Origin: the human T2T-CHM13v2.0 reference genome, Homo sapiens
DNA: 64,000 nt
Strand: one strand, 5' to 3'
NCBI RefSeq assembly: GCF_009914755.1
Contig: NC_060929.1
Shown: piece by piece, positions 13,813-26,793 of the stretch
How the letters are laid out: each line of letters begins with the position of its first letter
How positions within the stretch are numbered: the stretch's first letter is position 1
Notes under the pieces: model-generated
Told to the model about the DNA's origin: nothing
The model's input: only the letters and a program-made list of their open reading frames with translations
The model's database searches: none
Position numbers and translations under genes: made by a program

Positions 13813-15383
13813 AGGAGAAAAAACTTAAGTTGAACATTAACTTCTGGGCTTTTTTTAAGGACTGAGACACCACTATATTTAAGATAAAGAAATCAGACAA
13901 CTTGAAGCATACACAAAACCAGAAGGCAATTTAACATATCTGCCTGGAGGCAAGAAGAGAAACCAAAGAACTTCTAACACCTGTTCTTCTAGCTAGAAAA
14001 TAGAGAAGAGATGACAATATTAACAATTGCTTGCCAGCTTCAAATTCCCACAAATTTATGAATATGAAGCCAGTTTCCAAAAGAAAATATAGTTCAATAA
14101 ACTGTGTAACATATGATCACTAAAGTGATCTTTTACCTTAATGATATAAAAATAAGCCATTAAGAAGTTCTAAAACCCAAATGCATCAACACTGATGGCA
14201 ATTAAAAATTAATTACTGAACCAATGATCTCTATTATTTACATTCAGGGAATATTTACTCAGCTAGACTGGGGTTCTATCCCTATTCCCTAAAATCACTG
14301 AATCAATCATTCATTTTTCAATTCATTTATTGCCTACCAGCTATGTATAAAACTATGCTAGTGACAGAGAAATTAAAATACAAGGTCCTATACTCAAGGA
14401 ATTTATAGTCTAATGAAAGAGAAAAAGAAACAGAAAATAAATATATAGGGATAAGTGCTTTCTGTAGAGGGAATTACAACCCAGGAGAAACACCAGTCTT
14501 GAACAAACAAGAAACACAGAAGTGAGTAAGTGGTATAAGGGAACTTTTGACAAAAGCACATACAAAGGCATGGGTGGGTGGGTTAGGGGGACATAGGCCT
14601 TCTGGAGAACTCTTTCACCTACTCTCAAATCACGCCTTGGGTCATCATATCAACAAAGCTCCCCACCAGAGTAAAAGCATCCCTGTGTGAGCCTCTAACC
14701 AGCATGTTGGTGGACACTCATATAGTTACATTTTGCAGTTAAGAACAGCCTTTTAGAAAGGATCCCAGGCTGATCCTAGAAAAGTTTCCAAAAATATATT
14801 TTTTAAGCTAAAGAATGTGTCATGCCTGTGGACATATGAGGACAGGTGAAACTAGAAAAGCAAACAGGCAAGAGACAGTGAAAGATAATATGTATTATGC
14901 TAAGGAATTTACAATGTATCCTGAAGGTCATGGGAAACTCTAAAAGATTTAATAAGAAGTGGATACAATCAATTAGATCTGCACTTTAGAAAGAAGACTA
15001 AGGCAATGTGTAAAGGATGAGTTAGAAGGAGAGAGACTGTAAGCTAGTTCAGTAATTTAAACAAACTATAAAGGGCTGAGCTATTTTTAGTGGCAGCGAG
15101 GATGGCAAGAGATGGACTCAAAAGTAAGTTCCCTAGAACTTAGGACCAATTTGATGATAGAGTGAGGGAGAGGTAGTTACAGCTTCAGCACAGATGATTT
15201 CATTCATCAAGAATGATGGGAGAGAGGAAAGGAGAGTTTATTTGTACATGTTACAATTTTAATACCACTGGATATATCCAAAGTAGAGGCCAGTGTGGCT
15301 AGAATAGAATGAAGGGAAAAATAATAGGCAATAAGGACAGAACTGGTAAAGGGCCAGATAATGTACAGCCTGTATGTCACATT

Positions 15384-15498
15384 TAAGGTGACCAACTGTT
15401 CCCTGCTTTGCCTGGGACTGACATTCTCCTGGGACACAGGACTTTCAGTGCTAAAACCAGGAAAGTTCCAAGAAAACCAGGAGAAGTTTGTCACCCTA
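15384..15498. mobile_element. MER81-like hAT MITE inside L2-like sequence
   Basis: About 115 bp bounded by inverted termini taaggtgacc / tgtcacccta. Confidence 0.7.
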
Positions 15499-16629
15499 TT
15501 CATAGTAAAAAGGTAGATTTTACCCTAAGTTAGATGGGGAGCCACGACAAAAAAAAAATCTAGGCAGAGAAGTTACATAATATTATCAAACTTCCATAAA
15601 ATAATCACGCTGGCTGCAGTGGGGAGAAGAACTAAGAAACTATAAGGGTAAGAATGGAAGCAAGAAGATCAGTGTTGGAATAAAGATTCTGGAGTCCCAG
15701 GGGACTCCAATAATACCACAGTATTAATCAGCCTCCCTAGAGACAATATAGGAATTGAAGAAGAAAAAAGATGGCCCAGAGCACAATATGTAAAAACACC
15801 AGTATTTAGCCAGTAACCAAATAGTAAGATCCTTCAAAAGAAATACAGACAAAGAAGTAGTCACAGAGATAGGAAGAAAAAGGTATCATAAATGCCAACA
15901 AAGTACAGTTGAAATAAGGGAGCAGTTAGCACCAAAACTTCCCAGAAATCAGGTAAGACAAGGACTAAAATATCCAGTAGATTCGGTAAGTAGGATATCA
16001 CTGATCTCTAAGGCAAAAGCAACGTCAATGAACTGGTTGGGGGCAAATCCATAAAAAAACTGCAAAGTTTTAGAAAATAACTGAGAACTGAAGGAGTGGC
16101 GATACCAAGCTTGGGGATAAGTGGAAGGAAAAGAGATAATAACCAAGAGAGTGACACAGGGTAAAGGATTTTTAAAATTTTCTTGAAAAACAGGAGTCTT
16201 GAACAAGTCTTTTTAGGCTAAAAGGAGTCAAGTGTGAAGGGAGAGAAAAAAAAGACAAGACAGGACAAGATTTTTTTAAGCAAGAGAAAAGGTGAAGTAG
16301 TTCTAATCCAGTGACTTTCAATTCCTCTGTGAAAACAAGGTGGGTTTATTGAAGAAAGAAGGATAAGGGAAGCAAAGTGAATGCAAAAGTTGAACTACTG
16401 AAGCAGCCACCACAGAGAATGGGGAAGAGAGATGAGTAGGGCTACATAGGAAGTTTGTGCGCAACTCTAAGTCCACCGCCAAGTGCTGAAGACTACAAAC
16501 TGGAAGTGCCACCAAACCCAATGATCTTTTTTTCCCCAGATGACCATAGCAGTACTGATGCAGAAGTAGAAAGGATGATGGTCAGATTGATCTAGAATTG
16601 TGCAGAAAGATAATGATGAAGAAACATTT

Positions 16630-16920
<291 letters not shown>

Positions 16921-17863
16921 TTAAGAAAGTGAATGAAGTGAGGAAGAAATAAGTGGAGAAAATGGAGGTGATCAAAATACTGAAAGTCAAAGGGCAGATT
17001 TAGTGGGATAAAGTAATAAGGCTGCTGTTAAGGTAGAAGGCTACAGTCAGAGTGGAATTAATTAGGATTGTAGAGATAGGGAATTCCAGATCACCATAAA
17101 GTCCAGGTACAGTCATGGCTGTGGGTGGCTAGAACAGAATGAGGGTAAATATCACGAAGCTAAGGAAGGAAACAAAAAGTGCCAATAGTGTTTTTATTGG
17201 TCTTTTTATTAAGATAGGTCTTTTTATTAAGTCAGTAAAGTCACTGTCCCCCAAAAAAATCAGTGGTAGCATAATGAGGAATATAAATACAAGCCATAAG
17301 GAAGGGTAGAAAATGGATCATTATTAACTTGTCCCTCCTCAGCAATACCAAAGGTCCCCAACACTCACCTGGGTCAAGAACTCAGGTCTATTATGCCACA
17401 GATCCTACTCCCAAACTACCTGGGAAGCTAAAATGTGAGAACTGGTCCATCCTATAACATAATTTCCTACCACCAATGCCAGCTAGATGTATATATATTT
17501 TTCATGCCTGAGCTTAAAACTAGAGCTATATCCTTGAAAACAACTACATAAAAGACAATCCTACTCAGTTCTACATACCTAAATTTGATTACTAGAATGC
17601 TTCTGGAACATGGTTCTAATGTTCATGGTGGCCAGGAACAATGATGCTTCCACTTAGACACCATACACCTAGTAAAATGTCTGTAGCAACAGAGCCCAAG
17701 AATGTGAACATGGTCAAGAAAATAAAAAATAGCTTCCAAATTTTAAGACAGACCATAAAAAGATACTATGCAATCAAAGCAGAAATGCATGTATGTATAA
17801 CCTAAAAAAAAACTTAAAAAGCACACCACACAAATCAAACAAAATGTATACGTTCTTTCTTAC

Positions 17864-17945
17864 CGTTCTGGATCAGTGTTTACCCCTATAACTGGTTTAA
17901 GTCTGTCCAAGACTTTACTCGCTGCCAGCAGCATTGTGCCATCAC
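17864..17945 (-). CDS. NADK2: NADK2 exon 4 (GDGTMLLAASKVLDRLKPVIGVNTDPER)
   Basis: ttag|GT acceptor, CG|gtaag donor, 82 nt; completes GGDGT and carries the PVIGVN motif of NAD kinases. Confidence 0.97.
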
Positions 17946-18796
17946 CTAAGGAACATAAGACAAAATACAAGACATAACCAAATTTCTGTTATAAATCTAG
18001 TTTTTGGCCATTTTGAAAATCAGTAGTTTTAACAATCATACCCCACCCTGCTAACCGCTATAGCCTATCCCACTCCCTTTCTACCTATTATACCTTTGGA
18101 TTCTCTCTCCCACTCTAATCCAGGATTTCATAAGTGGCAAGATTACATTTAGGCAGAATAATTCTTTGTTGTGGGGACACTGTAGAATGTTTTAGAGGTA
18201 GTCCCTTTACATACTAGTAGCACCCCACAGTTAGTAACCACTAATCTAATCCAAAAATTTCTATTAGCCAATCTTCTTTCCTTCTCCCATAACACCAGTC
18301 CAAATTCACAAATTATTTTAATAAAAACATATCCAATGTGTCCAACTTCAAATTTTTCTCTTCAACACCTGCTGTCAACTTAAAGCTTTAGAAACAGTAG
18401 CCATTAACTTAATGATAAAGTTCAGAAAAAAGTAAGTACAAGTATATTGGGACCAAAGAGGAATAGAATTTACCTCATCTCATTAAACTCTTTATCAACT
18501 TCATTTTTTTCTTAAAACTGCCATAATTATACCAAAATACAATAACTGATCCTTTGAATCATATTTGAAATTAAATGCATACCTTAAATATGCACAAGGA
18601 ACCTCATAGTAACGTCATTCATTTAAAATGTAGCCTTGTATAAAACAGAAGTTTTAAACTTGATCGTAACAATCCAAAAATGTGTTTAATGGTAAGACTC
18701 TGAAGGCTTCAATATAGCTAGACCCTAGGGTATCTGGAAATAATGTGTATTAAACATTTGTATATGCCAACATCTTTACTTCTGTCAAATTATTAC

Positions 18797-18885
18797 CTCC
18801 TGCAGCTATGACAGCATCTGCCCATCGAACAGTCTCTTCATCATATTCTCTCCTCTTTACTAGACGAACCTCAATTCCCTCATTC
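18797..18885 (-). CDS. NADK2: NADK2 exon 3 (NEGIEVRLVKRREYDEETVRWADAVIAAG)
   Basis: ctag|G acceptor, G|gtaat donor, 89 nt; supplies the first part of the NAD-kinase GGDGT motif. Confidence 0.96.
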
Positions 18886-19798
18886 CTAGGATAAAAAAGG
18901 AAAGGTTATATGAAATTTCCACTAATAATATATATAACAGGGGTATGTTTTCTGAGAGGCAGATGATTACAATAGAGATGTAAAATAAATTTGTGTCTTA
19001 TAAACAAATTTACATGGAGCTTTATAACATTATCTTTGTTTTCATTTAATTACAACAGCCAATTAACTATGATAATTAAGGAAGCATATGAATAAATCGA
19101 AAGTTATATCCCAAATCTCCATGTGCTTTAAAAGCTTTTATAACCACTAGTGAATAGCAATATTGGTTAGAATTTCATTTTCTCTACTCCTTCTAATGCT
19201 TAAATTCATAATACAAAAATGGTCCAGAAGACTAACACCTTAGAGTGACAATTTTTTAAACTATAAAACTGAATGGCCATTATTTTAAATCCAACAAATA
19301 TTCATTGAGTACCAGACACCGGAATAGTGACTAAATACTTTGTAATTCGCATGTTTCTCACACTGACTCTCTTGTACACATATAATTGTGTTTAGTTCTG
19401 AATTAACTGAAGTTTCTGTAATTTTTGGACAGAAGTTTCTATAATTTTCAAACACTCAAAAATATTATTACAATGAACACTCATATAATCCACTAGTCTG
19501 TTTTAATAAATAAAATATTATACAGTTGAAGCCAGCTGTGTAACTGAATTAACTCTACAAAAGATGCATTTCTCTGGAAGACCAAATAATTGAAAACACC
19601 TGTGACATTTTCAGAGAACAATAAATTTTTCTTTAAAGATGCTATAAAATCAGATCCATTAACCTTGATATAATTTTCTGAAAATGATTTTATAATAACA
19701 ATCATCACTAAAAATCTAAGAATGGGCTGCTAGTACAAAATAAAAACTGGAAGTCCTGAATATAAAATCCAACCCAAGACCCAATCCCATAGACTTAC

Positions 19799-19887
19799 CG
19801 TAAACTATCTATAATATGTTCTACATTTTTGGTGTGAATATGATGTCGTTCAAGAAGTCCACTGTAACTAGAGCCTTTCAATGCAAG
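19799..19887 (-). CDS. NADK2: NADK2 exon 2 (LALKGSSYSGLLERHHIHTKNVEHIIDSLR)
   Basis: tag|CTT acceptor, CG|gtaag donor, 89 nt, frame continuous with exon 1. Confidence 0.96.
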
Positions 19888-20169
19888 CTATATCAAAACA
19901 AAAGAAACGTTGTTTTACTAATATATATTACACATGATGTTCTAATATTATGATTTTTAAAAGCCCCGTATAAAATATAATTTTTTGAAAATATATTTTA
20001 ATAACTACCTGTGAAACCTACAAGTACAAATTGAACTAGAAAGCCTGATATCAGAAAATTATAATTTGGCTTTAATACCAAATACAGCATTATGTTTTCT
20101 GAATCATATAGTCACCAGGATCTCAAAATCTTATGTTTTACAGCTTAAGTTTTTTATTTTTTTTATGAC

Positions 20170-20288
20170 TTTTTTTTTTTTTTTGAGATGGAGTCTCGCT
20201 CTGTTGCCCAGGCTGGAGTGCAGTGGTGTGATCTCGGCTCACTGCAAGCTCCGCCTCCCTGGTTCATGCCATTCTCCTGCCTCAGCCT
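20170..20288 (-). mobile_element. 5'-truncated AluY (right-arm end only)
   Basis: AluY-type ctgcaagctccgcc and gccattctcc; flanked by duplicated atgactttt. Confidence 0.85.
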
Positions 20289-20754
20289 TGATGACTTTTT
20301 AACACACTGCATATGGCTACTTGATGACCAAAGATAAACTAATACTTGTAGAGGCGGTTAGATGACCTTTGTTCCACTTGGATTTGCTTCTCTCTTGTTC
20401 TCAGATTTATAAACTCTATTTGGAATTTACCTTACGAAATCTAAACAAAGGGCTGACTAGCTCCCTTAGAAAGGATAACTTATATATACATATATCCTTC
20501 AAAAATTATTTTTCCTAGTTGGAGTAACATTTTATAACTATCTTACCATTAAAATTTTTTTAACTATGTTTCTTATGAATAATCCATAAAGTAAAATGTA
20601 GAGAAAAAAGTTCAGAAATATCCTTAGTGAACACCCATTTAATCACCAAGTAGGAAATTTGTCCACTAGAGTGAATGCTAGAATTCAAAAGTGTGTTATT
20701 TGTACTTTCTTTGCTCCTCCGAATTCCTTTATACCTTTCCTTTCCCTTTTTCTT

Positions 20755-21246
20755 TTCTTTTTTTTGTTCTTGAGATGCTGTCTTGCTATGTTGCTCAGGC
20801 TGGTCTTGGACTCCTAGGCTCTAATGATTCTCCTGCCTCCGTTTACCAAGTAGATGAGACTATAGGCACGTGTCACTGTGCCCAGCTTATACCTTTCCTC
20901 TTTATGCAACAAAATCAGTCTTTCAAATACCTGTCTAGACATGATTTTTTTTTTTTTGAGACGGGGTCTGGCTCTGTTGCCCAGGCCGGGGTGTGGTAGT
21001 GTGATCTCAGCTTACTGCAACCTCTGCCTCCCGGACTCAAGCCGCCCTCCCACCTCAGCCTCCCAGGCAGCTGGGACTACAAGTGCACACCACCACAACC
21101 AGCTAATTTATTTTTTTTTTTTTTTTGGTAGAAATGGGGTTTTACCATGTTGCCCAGGCTAGTCTCGAACTCCTGGGCTTAAGCAATCCACACACCTCGC
21201 TTCCAAAAAAGCTGGGGTTACAGGTGTGAGCCATCACACCCAGCCT
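20755..21246 (-). mobile_element. Alu monomer (20755-20886) followed by AluJ (20945-21246)
   Basis: Two antisense Alu-derived blocks, each led by poly(T). Confidence 0.85.
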
Positions 21247-22090
21247 AATATACAATCTCAAATATTTTGTTTTAAATCATTACTTACTGAACTATAAAGT
21301 AAAACTAATTTTTAGACAGCATTTTAATACATATTTTACTTTTTAAAGGTTATAAAGAAAACACTAACAATATGGAAAATGCATATTTAAAGAAAATTGA
21401 AATCAAATATAATCTTATGGCTCAAAATCATTAGTGTTAATATTTTGATACCTACCTTCCCCATCTTTTGCCTACGAATACTGGGTTAAGAGTTTTTAAA
21501 TAGTTTTGTCCTTGCTTTGTAATTTTCGTATGTTCTCACAAAAGAGAAGCTGAGGAAGCATTTGGCTATTGTGAAAATTAATTAATAGATGTTAACTTAC
21601 CAAGATATACTATAATAGATTAGACAGCCTGTGCCAAAATTTAATGCCTAGCCAAAAGCCTCATTAAACTTAGACTAAGCAACCAATGTCAATAATTTTT
21701 TAAAGGAAAGCACTGACTATGATAATAACTAGAAAAATCCTTCATTTAATTTAATCAACAAATCAACATGAGTCAGTAAGGTTTGAAAAACTATTTTAGA
21801 GTAGAATTTCTTAATATGGACCAACATAGCATGAATATTCAGATTACCACTATCATTACCCAGCTACAGATTGACTAAAACGGCACTAACCACCTCTCAG
21901 TGAGTATGGACCACTACCCTCTCCCTTGGCAATCTCTAGTTTCACGGCTTTAAAAGAGATCTATATGCTGATGCTGATGATTCCCAACTGCTATCTCCCA
22001 ACCCGGCCTATCTTTAGAGCTTCAAATACATTTATTCAACTGCTTATTTGACATCTTTCTTTGGCTATCTAACAGGCACCTCAAATTTAG

Positions 22091-22178
22091 AGGGCTAGAT
22101 ATTGAACATGCTAGATACTGAATACTTGAAATGCTATTATTATTCATTCAGTATCTAGCATGTTCAATATCTAGCCCT
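22091..22178. repeat. Perfect inverted repeat, 33-bp arms, 22-nt spacer
   Basis: 22091-22123 agggctagatattgaacatgctagatactgaat is the exact reverse complement of 22146-22178. Confidence 0.97.
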
Positions 22179-25100
22179 TGATTTTCTGGCCCAAGAATTC
22201 CCCACCTATGGCTTAAGCCAACAGTCTAGAGTCACAGCCGATGCCTCCTTTTTTGCTTATTTCCACATCCAATTACTAAATCTTATATTTGATCCAAGCA
22301 CTTTTCTCTTCTTCCCCTCTACCACTCATGATCTCACACGTGAACCACTGCACAAGCCTCTGACAGGGGTTCCCTACTTCCACTCTTGGCACCCTATAGA
22401 TTATTCCGAACACAGAAACCAGAGAGACCACAGCATGTCTCTTCCTCAGCTTAATGCCCTTCTACAAATGGCACTTTCTTCCTACCAACTCTCAGGCTTA
22501 TGCCACCTGACTTCTGCTCCTTTCTCCTACCTCATTTTTCCTCCCCATTCCCAACACTCTAATCTCTTTGGTCTATTTTCACCAAGCTCTTCCTTTGTAC
22601 TTGCTGGAATGCTTTCCATCCCTCCACCTAACTCTGACTCTTTTTAACCCTGGGGTGCCAGGACTGCTGAAACAGCTGCTGCTGGTGCTGCCCTTGCAGC
22701 TGCAACAGCCACCACTGCCAATTACTCCATCCCAACACCTGTTAATTCCCTTTTTTGCATTTACCACACCTAAAATTTCCTGGTATTTTTAAAAAATCCC
22801 TTTGAATCTCCTTACTAGAATATAAGTGCTGGGAGAACAGTGATCTTACTTATCTTGTTTGCCATTGTTCCTCAGGGCCTAAGTACTAGCTAAGTATTTG
22901 TTGAATGAACTCATGCATACATTTTCCAGAAAAGCAAGAATAGTGCAGAAGCAGATGCTACAGAAGATAACCCAGAAAGTGACAACAGTGTGCAAACCAA
23001 CCCTTAGAACTGAGGAGAGTTAGATTAGTTACTATAGTATATTATTTTGTTATAATTATCTCTTACAATTCCACTTTAGGCGTGAACACTTTACACAGCT
23101 AGAAGTTAAGCTCTAAAAAAATATTCATCTAAATATTTGACTGCCTACTACTGTGTTCATTTAACTACTAGTTGAACTTAATCAAATGTATTAAACAAGG
23201 CACTGCAAACTGCCAAAGACAATGATAACTAATTCAAATGCACAATAAGCCTATTACAACAGTTATATCTAATTTACCACTTCTACTTTAAATAAAACTT
23301 CAAGGGTAGCTGGCCCTCATACTTCAATTCCCTATCCAGGATTTTTACCTTATGTTCCAAATTTTGGTTTGGACAATATGGAACATGTACCCAGGAAAAA
23401 AGCACATAAACCTTACTGTGTAAGCCCTGTAAATGCTAGTCTGGTAGTTCAGAAACTTTTATGCTTACTTCCTGGCTCTCGGCAAGCCCCAGGAAAATAA
23501 GATACATGGCGTTGACTGTTAGGGAACTTTGGCTTGAGATGGCGAAAGGGTCTGAATTTGTGGGAGAAAAAGTTTTGGAGAACTAACAAAAAACTTCAAG
23601 TTTTCTATGATTGCTAACAATAATAAAATTCCTAAAATTCCAAATCTAAATACAAAGTTCAGGCAGCATCAGAATACTTAACATTGAAGCAGAAATGTCA
23701 GTTCATAAATTCTTATTCCCACTCAAATTTCTTCTTGTGAACTAACTTTCTAATAAGTCATCCTCAACATTCATTTAGAGAATGTAAGTTCTTATTTTCT
23801 TTAAAGGCCTCGCTGGTTGGGCTATTAAGCTTTATTAACATGAACTGGCTAAATGAGACAGATAAAAAATAAGAAAATCACTTAATAAACAGCATCAATT
23901 AGAAAGGCTTAAATCACTATTCAACTGGCTTTAATTCTTCCCTTACATTCAATCGCCACAGCCAGTGAGTACTGAAGTCCAATAATTATATTTGTTTAAA
24001 AGGCATATGCAAAAGCTGGTAAGAATTTCTTGCTAAACCTTTGAAAATAACATGACTTCAAATATCTTAAAACACTCCTTTAATCAGACAAAAATAAGAA
24101 CACATGATTTCTTAGACAATGTCTTACCATTAAAAGGTTAGAGAAATTACTGAAATTTAGAACACATTCCCAATTCTCTGCAATGTTACACAACATTATT
24201 AGTAACAGTCTTTAATATTTTCCCCAAAAACCTGTTAATTCTTCTCTCCATTAAAATAAATAAATAAATAAATAAAGATTCACCAGGACACTTGGAAAAA
24301 GCAGGTGACTCCATGAGATCTACAGACAGACAGACACATTTCAATATAAGCAAGAGTTTCTCCTACAGAATCTCCGAAAGCCAAGATCATGTCTCCCCAC
24401 ACAGCTCTGATATTAAAATAAAGCACAACATGTAAGGAAAAAAGCAAGATTTTGAATGGATAGATTTAGCACACTTTAAGATCCAGATGTGATAGTTATG
24501 CTATTACCTAAATGGTTTATAACACCTTTATTAAATTATCACAGATGGTTTTACTTATCTAAAACTAAATTTATTGCAATTACAAATTTTTAAGACTTGT
24601 TTTACCAGTCAGTTGAGTATTGCTATTTTGTACTCTATGTAATTTCTATGATAGCTTAATAAGGGAAGGAGTTAAGTTTTTTTAAATTTAACACATAATA
24701 AATGCACAAACTTTTGAGACAATGACAGTTCAGTATGTCAATCCACTAGGCATAATTTAGGCACCCTTAAAAGCATACACATTTAACTAAATGGTACTCT
24801 AAGTGTTACTCAAAATTGCCTTAAAAAGGTTAACAGCACCTAATCAACACCTAGATACTCAACCATTCACCTAACATGATCAGACCTAGTGCACTGAACC
24901 CTTCTTCACATATATTTGGTATTTATCTTAGATCATCTCTATTCCACTTACTTTCTCCCAGGCTCTCACCTTTATTTTCCCCAACGTTCTCTATTTCTGC
25001 ATTCCTCTGTTAATTCTGTTGACCTCCTCCCTTGATATTGCTTGAGGTTCCAACTTTGGTTTTCTTATCTGCTCTCACTTCATTTTCTCTGAGTTATCGC

Positions 25101-25905
25101 CCCACTCCAGGAAACTCACCTACCAAGTATATCCCAGTAACCTTGAAATCTATACTGTTAGTCCACGTCTCTTGATCTACAGCCTTGAATTTTCAAATGC
25201 TACCTTTACATCCATCCACAAATAGTTCAGGTACCTCTCTCCAAAAATATCAAAACTTGATTATATACTCCCCCTCAAATCTGCTCTTCTGAGTCCAATT
25301 TATCAGTTAACAATAGCATCATTTACATGAGCAACTTAATAAATCCGTGTCACCTTTAATTCTTCCTCACACTCAATGTCCACAGCCAGTCAGTAGTGAA
25401 GTCAAATAATTACATCTGTGAAGTGTTTTGACAATCTATGTACTTTAAGTTCATGCTGCCACTGCTTGAGTTCTGGACAACACCAACTCTTATCTGGTCT
25501 AATGCAAAAGCTTGCCTCCAGATTTTCTAAACTAGTTCCTTATTCAAAAGTCTTTGACTAATTCCCATCCCCTAACTAACCTTAACACCACCACATTTTG
25601 GGCGTCGTATGAAAACAAAAGCCAGTTTTCATACAACGTCCAAAATGCTGAAATCTCAGAAAAATTGACCCTCATCACCCAATTCCTATGGAGAAAGACA
25701 GGCTGAGCAAGGGTTGTGTTCTACCATAAAGAGTCTGAAAACCACTAGGAGATAAAGCTAACTCCTTGGCAAGAGACTTACCACCTTTATAAGGTCCACT
25801 CTACCTGTTTGGCCTCAATATACTATGATTTTCAAATTGTCTTAAAGTGCATTATAAGCTGGTCACAATTTAACGATCACAGCCAGCATTATCATTAACT
25901 AGAAA

Positions 25906-26041
25906 ATAAAACATACTAGGCTAAATTCTTCCCTGTTATCTTTTATTTAAAATATATTTTTAATTCTTCCCTGTTATCTTTTATTTAAAGATGTTTTTAT
26001 AAAACATACAAGGCTAAATTCTTCCCTGTTATCTTTTATTT
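25906..26041. repeat. Three copies of aattcttccctgttatcttttattt
   Basis: Exact 25-mers at 25924, 25962 and 26017; copies 1 and 3 share a further upstream extension. Confidence 0.93.
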
Positions 26042-26406
26042 CAAATTTATGTACTGAGTCACAATGTAAGAGATCTCTGATTATGGATCACAGTCAGTTT
26101 TGAGTTCTTTTGGTTGGCTACAAGATGAACTTCACGCAAGTCTTGCTGTTCTCTCCTTCACACATAAAAATTCTTCTGTATTTTTCAATATTTAATTCAA
26201 ACATCCTGAAATTAAAAGATACCATTTCACCTTCATATTAGCAAAAATGTTAAAGTCTACTAAGTGCTGTTCAGGAACCCACTAAATGCTTATGGAAAAA
26301 ATTATTTGTACTTCTAATTACAATATTTTTTTAATAATGGAAAAACTGTGACTAACCTAATTATCCAAACAATGAAATATTGCACAGCAGTTAAAATGTA
26401 TTAATG

Positions 26407-26793
<387 letters not shown>

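Noticed and set aside
13050-14300. Possible antisense lncRNA (a NADK2-AS1 is known at this locus); + strand AATAAA near 13807 and 14096
   Set aside because: Cannot be placed from sequence alone; AATAAA is frequent in this AT-rich DNA
17199-17232. Short local duplications (also near 5590, 19410, 30440, 48810, 50925, 52257, 55470)
   Set aside because: Ordinary slippage-type duplications with no further structure
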